Assembly (NCBI RefSeq): GCF_000025685.1
Contig: NC_013964.1
Location: 270,001 to 302,000 of the forward strand
Length of the DNA stretch: 32,000 nucleotides
Source of the DNA: Haloferax volcanii DS2
GTDB lineage: Archaea > Halobacteriota > Halobacteria > Halobacteriales > Haloferacaceae
Reading direction: 5' to 3'
A program made the position numbers and the translations under genes. Below the pieces are notes generated by a model. It saw nothing but the letters and a program-made list of their open reading frames with translations. It was not told the origin of the DNA and did no database searches. Below are positions 1 through 9,377 of this stretch, in pieces (position 1 is the first letter of the stretch; every line of letters starts with the position of its first letter).

Positions 1-846
1 CCCATCGGCGTGTACTACAACAAGGACCTGTTCGAGCAGGCCGGCTTGGACCCCGAGAGCCCGCCGACGAACTGGGAGGAGTTCCGGCAGGCGGGTGACG
101 CGGTCGTCGAGAACACCGACGCTCACGCGTTTACGCAGTCGCCGTACAACGACGGATTCGGGTCGTTCCGGACGTGGAGTACCTGGGTCAAACAGCAGGG
201 CGGGAGTCTCTACGACGACGAGTGGAACCCGACGTTCGACAGCGAGGCCGGGATGAACATCGCCCAACTCTTCTCCGACATGACCGGCGACATGGGATGG
301 GCCCCCGCCACGAGCGAGGACACGTGGGGGAACAACGCCTTCCAGAACGGAACGTGCGCGATGGCGATGAACGGGACGTGGTACGTCGCCGCCCTGTCCG
401 GCGTCGACGACCTCAACTGGGGCTTCTTCGAACCGACCGTCGGCCCGAACAAACAGCAGGATAAGGTCTGGGCTGACGGCCACTCCATCGTCCTCCCGAA
501 GAAGGAGGGCCGGAGCGACGCCAAGTCGGAGATTGCCGCCGAAGTCGCCCACTGGATGACCACGCAGAACCCCTCGTGGGGTGCCGAAGCCGGTCACCTG
601 CCCGCCGCGAACAGCATCTACGAGTCCGACACCTTCCAGAACAGCCCGTACTACGATAAGACGCTCAACAAGTACGTCGAGATGGCCGAAGACGGCGACT
701 ACTTCTACCACCCGAAGGTCCCGAACGGCGACCCGAACGCGCAGAACTGGTACACGTGGCTCGTCGACATCTGGGCGCAGAACTCCGAGCCACAGGCTGC
801 TATCGATTCCGGAATCCAGACGGTCTCGAACGGCATCTCGGAGTAA
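1..846 (+). CDS. ABC transporter substrate-binding protein (family-1 extracellular solute-binding, sugar type), C-terminal part; 5' end outside window
   Basis: Frame 1 is open from base 1 (PIGVYYNKDLFEQAGLDPESPPTNWEEF...), with stop TAA at 844-846. The sequence is Trp/Asn/Asp-rich and resembles solute-binding proteins. Two ABC permease genes follow 6 nt downstream. Confidence 0.8.
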   Translation, partial: PIGVYYNKDLFEQAGLDPESPPTNWEEFRQAGDAVVENTDAHAFTQSPYNDGFGSFRTWSTWVKQQGGSLYDDEWNPTFDSEAGMNIAQLFSDMTGDMGWAPATSEDTWGNNAFQNGTCAMAMNGTWYVAALSGVDDLNWGFFEPTVGPNKQQDKVWADGHSIVLPKKEGRSDAKSEIAAEVAHWMTTQNPSWGAEAGHLPAANSIYESDTFQNSPYYDKTLNKYVEMAEDGDYFYHPKVPNGDPNAQNWYTWLVDIWAQNSEPQAAIDSGIQTVSNGISE

Positions 847-852
847 TCGAAG

Positions 853-1785
853 ATGGGGATAACAGAACGCATCATGGGAGGTGAGACCGCGGCGAACAGC
901 AAGACCGTTATGGGTCTGCGGAAGGAGACCATCGAGGGCATCGTCTGGTCGCTTCCGTACCTCGCCGTGTTCACGGTGTTCCTCATCTGGCCGGCCCTGA
1001 AGGGGCTCTACATGAGCCTCCACACGTACCCGAACAAGTTCGACCTCACCGAGACGGAGTGGGTCGGCCTCCAGAACTACGTGGAACTGTTTCAGGACCC
1101 CGTGTTTTACAACGCGATGGAGGGAACGCTCCTCTTCGTCGCTATCTCGGTTCCGGCGCTGGTCATCCTCGGCTTGGTAATGGCACTCGGCGTAAACCGG
1201 GACGTGGCCGGGAAACGAACCCTTCGGGCCATCTACTTCAGTCCGTACGTCCTCACCGTCGCGGTCGTGACGCTGGTGTGGGGACAGGTGTACTCCCAGA
1301 GCTACGGCCTGATAAACTACTACCTCGGGTTCTTCATCGACAACCCGCCGGGGTGGCTCACGTCGCCGGACCTCGTCATGGCGGCGCTCGCGTTCATGAC
1401 CGTCTGGTGGCTGGTCGGGTTCAACTTCGTCATTTTCCTGGCGGCCCGACAGAGCATCCCCGAACGGCTGTACGAGGCCGCTCGGCTCGACGGCGCGACC
1501 GGCTGGCGAGCCTTCAAGGATATCACGCTGCCCCAGATGCGAAACTCGGTCGTGTTCGTGGTGATGGTGCAGTTCATCCTCCAGTTCCAGGTGTTCGCAC
1601 AACCGTACGTGATGACGCAGGGCGGCCCGAAGGACACCTCCGACACGCTCGTCTACTATCTCTACCGGAGCGCCTTCTCCCAACAGCAGTTCGGCTACGG
1701 CGCGGCGATGGGGTACGTGCTGGTCGCCATCCTCATCGTCATCGCAATCGTGAACTTCAAAGTAATCGGTGATTCAAATGACTGA
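853..1785 (+). CDS. carbohydrate ABC transporter permease (MalF/UgpA-like)
   Basis: ATG at 853, stop at 1783-1785. Multiple hydrophobic TM stretches. ABC permease EAA loop YEAARLDGATGWRAFKDITLPQM. Confidence 0.9.
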   Translation: MGITERIMGGETAANSKTVMGLRKETIEGIVWSLPYLAVFTVFLIWPALKGLYMSLHTYPNKFDLTETEWVGLQNYVELFQDPVFYNAMEGTLLFVAISVPALVILGLVMALGVNRDVAGKRTLRAIYFSPYVLTVAVVTLVWGQVYSQSYGLINYYLGFFIDNPPGWLTSPDLVMAALAFMTVWWLVGFNFVIFLAARQSIPERLYEAARLDGATGWRAFKDITLPQMRNSVVFVVMVQFILQFQVFAQPYVMTQGGPKDTSDTLVYYLYRSAFSQQQFGYGAAMGYVLVAILIVIAIVNFKVIGDSND

Positions 1786-2653
1786 AACGACATCGCAGGA
1801 CTCGATACGAGCACGGCTCGACGGCGACACGGTTCGGAACGTGTTGCTCCACGCGTTCCTCTACGGCCTCGCCGTTCTCATGGCGGTCCCGTACCTGTAC
1901 ACGCTCTCTCGGTCCTTCCAGCCGACCGAGCTGTTGCGCGACCCGCGACCGTACTGGATACCGCCGCTCGCGGGCGAGCCGATAACGCTCGAACACTACC
2001 AGTACCTCCTGAACAACACGCTCGTCGTCGAGTGGACCATCAACACGTTCATCATCGCCGCCGGAGCGACGCTGCTCATCGTCGTCATCGACTCGATGAT
2101 CGCCTTTTCGCTCACGCGGCTCGACTGGCCCGGTCAAGGGCTGGTCATGGGTGTTATCCTCGCGAGCTTCATGGTCCCGTACTACATGAACATCGTCCCG
2201 CTGTACCAGATCGTCTCGGACCTCGGCCTCATCAACACCTACTGGGGTGTGATACTGCCGGCCGTGGCCAGCCCGCTCGGCGTGTTCCTCCTCTACCAGT
2301 TCTTCAAGGACATCCCGGCCGAGTACGAGGAGGCGGCGAGGCTCGACGGGTTCACCACCTTCCAGGTGTACACCCGAATCATCCTCCCGCTCGCGAAGCC
2401 GATTCTCTCGGCGCTGGCGCTGTTCATGTTCGTCTACAACTGGAACGCGTTCCTCTGGCCCCTCCTCGTGCTGTCGAACGAGACGGCGTACACGCTTCCC
2501 ATCGGACTGGTGAACCTCTATCAGGGGAACATCGACACGCCGGGACTCCACATGGCGGTCGCGATTCTGGGGTCCTTGCCGCTGTTCATCATCTACCTCA
2601 TCTTCCAGGGACAAATCGTGCGAGCAGTGCAGATGCAGGGCGCGACGGGATGA
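1778..2653 (+). CDS. carbohydrate ABC transporter permease (MalG/UgpE-like)
   Basis: ATG at 1778 overlaps the upstream stop by 8 nt; GTG 1769 is the track alternative. TM-rich. EAA loop EEAARLDGFTTFQVYTRIILPLAKP. Confidence 0.9.
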   Translation: MTETTSQDSIRARLDGDTVRNVLLHAFLYGLAVLMAVPYLYTLSRSFQPTELLRDPRPYWIPPLAGEPITLEHYQYLLNNTLVVEWTINTFIIAAGATLLIVVIDSMIAFSLTRLDWPGQGLVMGVILASFMVPYYMNIVPLYQIVSDLGLINTYWGVILPAVASPLGVFLLYQFFKDIPAEYEEAARLDGFTTFQVYTRIILPLAKPILSALALFMFVYNWNAFLWPLLVLSNETAYTLPIGLVNLYQGNIDTPGLHMAVAILGSLPLFIIYLIFQGQIVRAVQMQGATG

Positions 2654-3369
2654 GCGAGTCAGCGGACGGGACCGTCGGCGTCCACCGCGCGCTCGTCGCC
2701 GCGGTCCGAACGGTGTTCCATCACCCCGTTCGGATGGTCGCTATCAGCGTCGCGTGGGTGCTCGCATCGGTCCCGCTGGTCACAATCGGGCCGGCGACGT
2801 TGGGCGTCTACGGCGCCGTCGCTTCCGTCCGCGAACATGGCCACGTCGACCGCGACGCCGTCAGAGAGACGCTTTCGGACCACTGGCTCGACGCGCTCCT
2901 GTTCAGCGGACTCCTGGTCGCGTTCCCGGCGCTCGCCGTCTTCTATCTCGGCCGGTTCTCCGCCTCCGGGTCGGCGTTCGCGGGCGTCCTCGGGATGGTC
3001 GGGTTCTATCTCGCGTATCACGCGTGGGTCGTCTTCGCGCTGGGCTTCGTCGCGCTCGCGCAGGGCGACGACGCGTTCGACGCCGTCACCGACGGCTACC
3101 GGTGGTCCGTCGAGCGGCCGGTGGCGACGGTGCTGGTCGGCGTCGTGACCGCGACGCTGTTCGTCGTATGTCTGGTCTTGACGGTCGCACTCCCGCTCGT
3201 GTTTCCCGCGCTCGCGGCCGCGTTCCACACGGAACTGGCCGCCCAAACGCGCGACCGAGAAGAGGATGCGACCGACGCGGCCGACACAGCCGACGCGACC
3301 GCGCCGACCGACCGTCCAGTCTCCGGTGAGAGTCCGAAAAACGAGTTCTCCGCGACGTTTCGACGGTGA
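2650..3369 (+). CDS. DUF624/YesL-like integral membrane protein
   Basis: ATG at 2650 overlaps the permease stop (ATGA, 2650-2653) and is in frame with track ORF 2032..3369. Hydrophobic protein with a VPLVTIGPATLGVYGAV segment like DUF624 proteins, which often follow sugar ABC permeases. Acidic C-terminal tail. Confidence 0.6.
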   Translation: MSESADGTVGVHRALVAAVRTVFHHPVRMVAISVAWVLASVPLVTIGPATLGVYGAVASVREHGHVDRDAVRETLSDHWLDALLFSGLLVAFPALAVFYLGRFSASGSAFAGVLGMVGFYLAYHAWVVFALGFVALAQGDDAFDAVTDGYRWSVERPVATVLVGVVTATLFVVCLVLTVALPLVFPALAAAFHTELAAQTRDREEDATDAADTADATAPTDRPVSGESPKNEFSATFRR

Positions 3370-3371
3370 CG

Positions 3372-4706
3372 CTACGTCCCGTCGTCGAGGGGTAGCGACT
3401 GGACGCCGTAACTGATTTCACAGAGATTCGGGCCGTCCGCGACCGACGTGAGTTGCAGTAGTTCGTCCCCGTGGCGCGAGGGCAGCAGCGGTGTCGTCCA
3501 CCCGACGAACGCCCGACCGCCGAGGTCGCCCTCCGTCTCGAACGACAGCGGGGCGTCGACCGCCTCCCAGTCGCCGCTCCCGTCGAGGTTCGAGTTCGCG
3601 AGCACGACCTCGCCGTTCCCCTCCGCGAGGTCGCGGTTCCCGTCGACGAGCTGTTTTCCGGACACGAGTATCGTTCCGTCTTTGCCGCCGGCCCGTGTCC
3701 ACGTCACGTACGGGCCGTTGATGAACCGCCGACCGTCGGCCGTCGAGACGAGGGTCCCCACGTCCGTCGGGTCGCCCCACTCCCGCCCGTCGGGCGAGGT
3801 CTTGACGTGGACCTCGCCGTACAGGTAGTCCGGCCCGATGACCTCGTAGCTCATCACGTACGTGCCGTTGGGGAGCGGGGTGACGGTGGGCATCCCCGGG
3901 CGTGTCGTCTCGTCCGGGATGGCCGCGACGAACTGCTCGTCGCCCCACGACTGGCCGCCGTCCTCCGAGGCCTTGTACGCGACCAACTGATTGTAGTCGT
4001 CGTCGCTCCCCATCCGCTCGTCGGCGAAGTAACAGACGAGGTTCCCGTCGTCGTCCAGTCCCAGTTCCGGCTCCCAGACGGGGCTGTTCCCGTCGTAAGG
4101 GACGGCTTTGCCGCCCGTGACGACGGTGCTCACGAACTCCCAGGACTCCCCGCGGTCGGTGCTGGCGTACAGGTCGATGCTCGTCTCACCGAGTTCGCCG
4201 ACCTCACCTTCGGGGACGTCTTCGGGGTCGTCGAGGATCGGAATGGAGTTCCCGGCGGCGAGGACCGTCCCGGCCGGCCACGGACCGACGGCGTGCGGGA
4301 GTTCAAACAGGGTCGGCTGGTATCGAAGCCCCCAGTCCTTCCCGCTCGTGTCGTGAATCTCGGAGAACTTCGACCAAGTCTCTCCCCCGTCGGTGCTTCG
4401 GTAGACGGGGAAGTACGGCCTCGACCCGCCGCTCATCGACGGATAGTACTCGAACGTCGCGAGCAACTGCTTCTCGCTGCCTTTCCCCGACCCGCGTTTC
4501 AGTCGCGTGACGCGGGGATACAGCGACCCGGGAGCGGGCGCGCCCGACGGGGGCGAGTACAGCGTCCCTTCGACGTCTGTCTGTTCGTCGTCGCGTCCGC
4601 GGCCCGCGATAACGCCGGTTGACCCGACCGCTGCGACCCCGGCAGCGCCGAGCGCGGCGAGGTACTTCCGGCGGCTATGCTGGCGGCTTGAATTGCGTTC
4701 GCTCAT
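3372..4706 (-). CDS. Tat-secreted BNR/Asp-box repeat sialidase-like beta-propeller glycosidase
   Basis: Track ORF 3372..4727. Start moved to ATG 4706, which gives the twin-arginine signal MSERNSSRQHSRRKYLAALGAAGVAAVG. Four Asp-box motifs (STDGGETW, STDRGESW, SEDGGQSW, SPDGREW). TATA-like GTTATTGT lies about 27-34 nt upstream of 4706 on the minus strand. Confidence 0.7.
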   Translation of the reverse strand: MSERNSSRQHSRRKYLAALGAAGVAAVGSTGVIAGRGRDDEQTDVEGTLYSPPSGAPAPGSLYPRVTRLKRGSGKGSEKQLLATFEYYPSMSGGSRPYFPVYRSTDGGETWSKFSEIHDTSGKDWGLRYQPTLFELPHAVGPWPAGTVLAAGNSIPILDDPEDVPEGEVGELGETSIDLYASTDRGESWEFVSTVVTGGKAVPYDGNSPVWEPELGLDDDGNLVCYFADERMGSDDDYNQLVAYKASEDGGQSWGDEQFVAAIPDETTRPGMPTVTPLPNGTYVMSYEVIGPDYLYGEVHVKTSPDGREWGDPTDVGTLVSTADGRRFINGPYVTWTRAGGKDGTILVSGKQLVDGNRDLAEGNGEVVLANSNLDGSGDWEAVDAPLSFETEGDLGGRAFVGWTTPLLPSRHGDELLQLTSVADGPNLCEISYGVQSLPLDDGT

Positions 4707-4784
4707 GACGCAGCCGCATGTTAACACGGGACTACAATAACTGTACCCCCGCCGTCAGCTCAAAATAGAACGGTGGCGGCGCGG

Positions 4785-6332
4785 TTACTCGGTCAGCGTC
4801 AGACCGACGACGGACGCCGGCGGCGCGTCGAACGTGACCGTGCCGTCGCCCTCGTCGGTGACGTCCAAGACATCGGCTTCGAACGAGTCCGCGTTCTCCT
4901 TCGTCGAGTACTCTCGGATGTCGTTGCCTTCGAAGAGAACGGTCGCCGACGACACCGAGTACGCCGACGACCCGACGTCGACGGTGAGCGTCTCCGGTTC
5001 GTCGTGGCGGCGGTTCGAGGCCGTGACGAACAGTTCACCGTCGCCCTCAGAGGCCGACGCCGAGACCATCGGTACGTCGTTTTCTTCGCCTTCGATAGTG
5101 CGCTGTTCCGTGTCGACGCTCGTTTCGAGCGCCGTCCGGCCGACGTGGTTCTCGTACAGGTCGAAGACGCGATACGTCGGCGTCCGCCACGCGTCCTCTT
5201 CGTCGGTCTGGACGAGACACTGCAAGACGTTGACGAGCTGTGCGATGTTCGCCATCGAGACGACGTCGGCCCGCTCGTGGATGAGGTCGAGGACGCCGGC
5301 GGTCGTCAGCGCATCCCGAACCGTGTTCTCCTGCTCCAGTCCGTTGTCGCTCCGCGCCTCCGGATGCCACACGCCCCACTCGTCGACGATGATGCCGATT
5401 TCGTCCTCCGGAACGTACTGCGAAATCGTCTCGGCGGCTCGGTCGATGTCCCCGCCGACCTTCTGTGCGCGCGCGAAAATCTTGTAGTACTGCTCGTCGG
5501 TGAAGTCGGTGTCACCGCCCGCCTGATAGTAGCGGTGGACGGAGAAGTGGTCCATCAGGTTGAACGGCGACCCCATGCCGAGGAACGAGCCCGGACCGTA
5601 CTCCATGCCGCCGTTGAGGCTGTCGAAGAAGACCTTGTTCCAGTCGTCCGTGAGGTGTCCGCACGCGATGAACTCCGTCGACTCCTCGTTCATCAGCTTG
5701 TCGAAGCCGTTGAAGTAGTTCGCGAACCGGCGGTATTCGTCGGCGTACTCGTCGGGTGCGAACCGGCCGCCACAGCCCCAGTTTTCGTTCCCGATGCCCC
5801 AGTACTTCACCCCGTACGGCTCTTCTTGGCCGTTCTCTCGCCGTCTGTTAGCGAGTTCCGTGTCGCCGCCGTAGTTGCAGTATTCGATCCAGTCGAGCGC
5901 CTCCTGCGGCGTCGACGACCCGACGTTGACCGCGATGTACGGGTCCGTGTCGAGGAGTTGGCAGAGTCGGAGGAACTCGTCCGTCCCGAACTCGTTGGAC
6001 TCCTCGGGGAGGTTTTCGCGCCCCTGGGTCCACCACAGATTCCGCCGTCGGGGACGCTCGTCGCGCGGGCCGACGCCGTCTTCCCAGTGATAGTCGTCGG
6101 CGAAACAGCCACCCGGCCAGCGAAGCACCGGCATGTTCAGTCCGCGGAGCAGCGAGACGGTGTCCATTCGGATGCCGTCTTCGGTCTCGACTCTGTCGTC
6201 GTCACCGACCCAGAGACCGCCGTAGATACAGCGTCCGAGGTGTTCGGCGAAGTGGCCGTAGATGTTCTCCGAGATACGGTCTATCGGCTCGTGACTGCTA
6301 ACGCGTACTTCACTCTGCATACGTTCTCCCAT
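4785..6332 (-). CDS. abfA: alpha-L-arabinofuranosidase, glycoside hydrolase family 51
   Basis: 515-aa ORF. IDRISENIYGHFAEHLGRCIYGGLWVG at the N-terminus and WGIGNENWGCGG (acid/base Glu region) are typical of GH51 enzymes. ATG 6320 (MQSEV...) is an alternative leaderless start, with TATA-like ATAGTTAT about 25 nt upstream. Confidence 0.88.
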   Translation of the reverse strand: MGERMQSEVRVSSHEPIDRISENIYGHFAEHLGRCIYGGLWVGDDDRVETEDGIRMDTVSLLRGLNMPVLRWPGGCFADDYHWEDGVGPRDERPRRRNLWWTQGRENLPEESNEFGTDEFLRLCQLLDTDPYIAVNVGSSTPQEALDWIEYCNYGGDTELANRRRENGQEEPYGVKYWGIGNENWGCGGRFAPDEYADEYRRFANYFNGFDKLMNEESTEFIACGHLTDDWNKVFFDSLNGGMEYGPGSFLGMGSPFNLMDHFSVHRYYQAGGDTDFTDEQYYKIFARAQKVGGDIDRAAETISQYVPEDEIGIIVDEWGVWHPEARSDNGLEQENTVRDALTTAGVLDLIHERADVVSMANIAQLVNVLQCLVQTDEEDAWRTPTYRVFDLYENHVGRTALETSVDTEQRTIEGEENDVPMVSASASEGDGELFVTASNRRHDEPETLTVDVGSSAYSVSSATVLFEGNDIREYSTKENADSFEADVLDVTDEGDGTVTFDAPPASVVGLTLTE

Positions 6333-6893
6333 CAGTACCCGGTTAGATAACTATTGTGCCTTGTTCCCTGCTTACACGAGATGCGCTGTGGAACGGTCCG
6401 GATAAGCGATGAACCCGCGTCAAGCGTTGGGAGCGCAAGTCGGTGAGAGACGCGTTCGGTGCAACCGCACCAAGGTTCCCTATTTCAGAACTAGCTAACG
6501 TCGTTCCACGCATTACAATTACAAAGGTAAATATGTAATCTCCGTGGCGCCCAAAGTGGATACTCTCCGAAACCGGTCTTCTCGGCCGGTTTCGAGGAAC
6601 CCGACGTGTTGTTCCAGCATAATGAATAGCGGCAAATAACCGGGAACCATCGTCGCGGATGGGTAGTTCGACGACAATCGTCGTTCTCGGAGACATCCAG
6701 CGGACTCCTCGTGAAATCTATCCTCACCGAGCGACGAGCCGACGCGAGATACGAGCCGTTCACGGAACGTCGCGGAGACGTTCAGAGGTTGACGCACCGG
6801 GAATCCGCAGGGACTCGTCGATGTCGATGGCGCATCCGCGCTCGCGAAAACCGTATCTCAGTCACGCAGCCGTCTCCAGACTGTAACGAGGAT

Positions 6894-6909
6894 CAGTACT
6901 TCACAAAGC
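6894..6909. repeat. ISH3-family IS left terminal inverted repeat
   Basis: CAGTACTTCACAAAGC. Matches the reverse complement of 8276-8291 at 15/16 positions. Preceded by target-site duplication AGGAT (6889-6893). Confidence 0.85.
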
Positions 6910-6940
6910 CGTTTAGTTAGAAGGTCTGCTTGCAGAAGGT

Positions 6941-8107
6941 GTGTCTAAAACCCAGCAAGCAGACAGTGAAATCCATGAGGACCAGCTCCTTAACTTCCTC
7001 GTCAACTCCCTTGACGAGGAAGTTGCTCTCACTCTCGGTGAAAACGCTGAACTCGATGCTGAAGACATCTACGAGGTCCTCGTCGGCGCGTGCGCCGACG
7101 GGACCTCGGTCTCAACGCTCTGTGAGAGAAGCGAAGATGCACCCCACGAAAACTCCGTTCTCTACCATCTCCGCACTAAATTCGATCTAGAAACGCTCGA
7201 ACAGGTTGGCAACATGCTCCTCCAGAAAGACGTTCTCGACGTCCTTCCCCAGCAGGTGGAGGTCTGCGCAGACCTCCACCTGCGGCCCTACTATGGTGAC
7301 GAAGACGACACGGACGGCCTGTATCACTCACAAGCGAAGCGTGGAACCACCGCGTTCCACGCGTACGCGACACTGTACGCACGCGTGAAGAACAAACGCT
7401 ACACGCTGGCGGTGCGCCGTCTCGAATACGGCGACACCGCCAGCAGTGTCCTCGCAGAGTTCCTCGGTATTCTCGACGGCCTTGACCTCGGTGTCAAGGC
7501 CGTCTATCTTGACCGCGAATTCTACGACAGCAAGTGTTTGACGCTGCTTCAGGCGCACAACCACGCGTACGTCATGCCGATCGTCCGCTGGGGACGGACG
7601 ATCAAGCGAGAACTCTCAGAAGGGTGGAGTCGCGTGATTCAGCACAGTCTGACAGCGAAACTCGACGGTCACAGCTGGACCGTCGAGTTTCCCGTCTACA
7701 TCGACTGTACCTACCAGAACGGACGGTACGACGAACATGGGGTGGCGCGTCACGGCTACGCCGCTGACGCGCCGTTCATCAACTCACCACGAGACGCTCG
7801 ATACCACTACGCGAAACGCTTCGGTATCGAGGCAAGCTATCGACTCTCCGAGCAAAGTATCGCGACGACCTCGACACAGAATCCGGTCGTACGGCTGTTG
7901 TACGTCGTGGTGAGCCTGCTGTTACAGAACGTCTGGCGGTATTTGCACTGGGAGTACGTGGCGACGCCCCGCCGTGGGGGGCGTCGCCTCTGGGAGTGGT
8001 CGTTCAAGGAGTTCATCAATATGGTCCGTCGAGCAGCGTGGACGGCCCTCGCGGTGCGTCGGGCCGTCCCCGCGAACCGACCACCAGACGACCGGTTCCA
8101 CCGGTAA
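6941..8107 (+). CDS. ISH3-family DDE transposase
   Basis: 388-aa ORF starting at GTG 6941. The sequence (…LHLRPYYGDEDDTDGLYHSQAKRGTTAFHAYATLYA…AVYLDREFYDS…RFGIEASYRLSEQS…) matches my recollection of haloarchaeal ISH3-type transposases. It is bounded by the IRs and TSD above. Confidence 0.9.
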   Translation: MSKTQQADSEIHEDQLLNFLVNSLDEEVALTLGENAELDAEDIYEVLVGACADGTSVSTLCERSEDAPHENSVLYHLRTKFDLETLEQVGNMLLQKDVLDVLPQQVEVCADLHLRPYYGDEDDTDGLYHSQAKRGTTAFHAYATLYARVKNKRYTLAVRRLEYGDTASSVLAEFLGILDGLDLGVKAVYLDREFYDSKCLTLLQAHNHAYVMPIVRWGRTIKRELSEGWSRVIQHSLTAKLDGHSWTVEFPVYIDCTYQNGRYDEHGVARHGYAADAPFINSPRDARYHYAKRFGIEASYRLSEQSIATTSTQNPVVRLLYVVVSLLLQNVWRYLHWEYVATPRRGGRRLWEWSFKEFINMVRRAAWTALAVRRAVPANRPPDDRFHR

Positions 8108-8275
8108 CTCCCGACCGGGCTAGCCAACGGTGGGAGTGGCGACGCTGTCGCGTCGGCGGCAGCCGCCGCCGACAGCGACGGCTCTCCGCCGATCCGTCCA
8201 TGATTCTCTCGTCGAAACCGCCAGTCCAACCGCTCCGCCACAGAACTCAGGCTTCAGAAACAGCTAGCCGAGGAT

Positions 8276-8291
8276 GCTTTGTGAGGTACTG
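8276..8291. repeat. ISH3-family IS right terminal inverted repeat
   Basis: GCTTTGTGAGGTACTG, the reverse complement of CAGTACCTCACAAAGC. Followed by target-site duplication AGGAT (8292-8296). Confidence 0.85.
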
Positions 8292-8877
8292 AGGATGGTT
8301 TCTGGAGCGCTGTCAGGCGGTTGCGGTCGGGCTTTTGTCCGTGGAGAGCGTTTTGACCGACTCAAGGACCCGACACGCGTACGTTTCAATTCACACATCG
8401 GGGAAGGAGCCCCGTGTTTCTGGTATCGAGAACAGCAGACCGGCTGGGGAAAACGGGACAGAGCCGTCATCGTGAACTCAGGTGAGTCAGGCGACCAACT
8501 GGTCTGCGACCCGGTCGGTTGCAAGCGCGCACAAGGGTTCTACCTCGGTATAGCGTCGGTGCTGGAACCGGTACGACGTTCCAAAAAATGATGGCAGCGG
8601 GTGGTGTGCTGAGCTCGACGTGGTAGTGCTGTCAGGTGTTCATGAGCTTCGGTCGGGACAGACCGACTCTGCGCATATCACCACGTCTGTGACATGACTG
8701 ATACGTTAGTCTCTTGGTCGGTTGCGCTATCGACCATATGGCTTGACGACTGAGTTCGACATTAATGTTTTCGTCTCTGCAAATATTAATATCGGGACTG
8801 AACGCAACTGCCCTTCGAGCGATACGACAATCGTCGTGGTAAGGGTTAAGTGACTATCGAATGGTTACACGAAACGC

Positions 8878-8985
8878 ATGCGTTGCCCAAAGTGCAGTCA
8901 CAGTCTCGCCATCTACGATTCGTTTTACGACATCGCCTTCGTCTGCGACTCGTGTGGATACGTCCTTCCGCGGGGAGCAGATTGA
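8878..8985 (+). CDS. candidate small zinc-ribbon protein (35 aa), below the ORF-track length cutoff
   Basis: ATG 8878 to TGA 8983-8985 encodes MRCPKCSHSLAIYDSFYDIAFVCDSCGYVLPRGAD, with CPKC and CDSC pairs 17 residues apart. Third-codon-position GC (about 21 of 30 codons counted by hand) is clearly higher than the surrounding AT-richer DNA. TATA-like GGTTAAGT lies about 27-34 nt upstream. Confidence 0.3.
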   Translation: MRCPKCSHSLAIYDSFYDIAFVCDSCGYVLPRGAD

Positions 8986-9170
8986 ACAGACAGCCGAACC
9001 GATAACCGACCAACCACACCGCTTAGCTGAATCGCGGCCGCGGACCGCAGCGCCGGAAGAGGAGTCACAACGATGTGTGAACACAATCTCGGAGGCTGAT
9101 TTTGCTGCGTGACTTATTTGCAGCGTCGGTACGGAAAATCAGCCGCTTAATAGAGAAGATGTACGGGTAT

Positions 9171-9377
9171 TCATCTTCTAACGATATCGAATGTCTTGTT
9201 CAAAATCGGAGTGATAACAATAAATCCGATGAAGATTGCAATAATAGAGAAGATGAACTCGACACCAATCGTGACTGGGTCGGCAGTATCGCCAGTGTAG
9301 GTGTTGTAGATTGTGAATATGGTCGCAGCAACTACGGCGTTTGGAAGGTAATCGGAGACCAACTTTCGTAACTCCAT
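9171..9377 (-). CDS. candidate small two-TM membrane protein (68 aa from ATG 9377; 90 aa from 9443)
   Basis: MELRKLVSDYLPNAVVAATIFTIYNTYTGDTADPVTIGVEFIFSIIAIFIGFIVITPILNKTFDIVRR has two hydrophobic helices. Sits in a low-GC island. No recognisable family. The antisense 89-aa ORF looks less protein-like. Confidence 0.3.
   Translation of the reverse strand: MELRKLVSDYLPNAVVAATIFTIYNTYTGDTADPVTIGVEFIFSIIAIFIGFIVITPILNKTFDIVRR

Larger units (their letters stand above)
6894..8291 (+). mobile_element. ISH3-family insertion sequence, 1398 bp, apparently intact
   Basis: A single DDE transposase ORF is flanked by 16-bp terminal inverted repeats, CAGTACTTCACAAAGC (6894-6909) and the reverse complement of 8276-8291, CAGTACCTCACAAAGC (15/16 match). 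A perfect 5-bp direct repeat AGGAT lies at 6889-6893 and 8292-8296. Confidence 0.85.

Noticed and set aside
4773-6350. 525-aa plus-strand ORF
   Set aside because: Antisense shadow of the GH51 arabinofuranosidase gene. It has an Arg/Val/Asp-rich low-complexity composition and no recognisable motifs, which is typical of stop-poor antisense frames in high-GC DNA.
7340-7361. Perfect 8-bp inverted repeat CGTGGAAC-CACCGC-GTTCCACG, resembling origin-recognition-box-like half sites
   Set aside because: It lies inside the ISH3 transposase coding sequence (…RGTTAFHAY…). There is no orc/cdc6 gene, no repeated ORB copies and no adjacent unwinding element, so there is no support for an origin.
6671-8837. 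Exact 14-mer ACGACAATCGTCGT on both sides of the ISH3 element (6671-6684 and 8824-8837)
   Set aside because: It is too far from the IS ends to be part of the element or its duplication. A few 14-mer coincidences are expected in a 32-kb window by my rough estimate.
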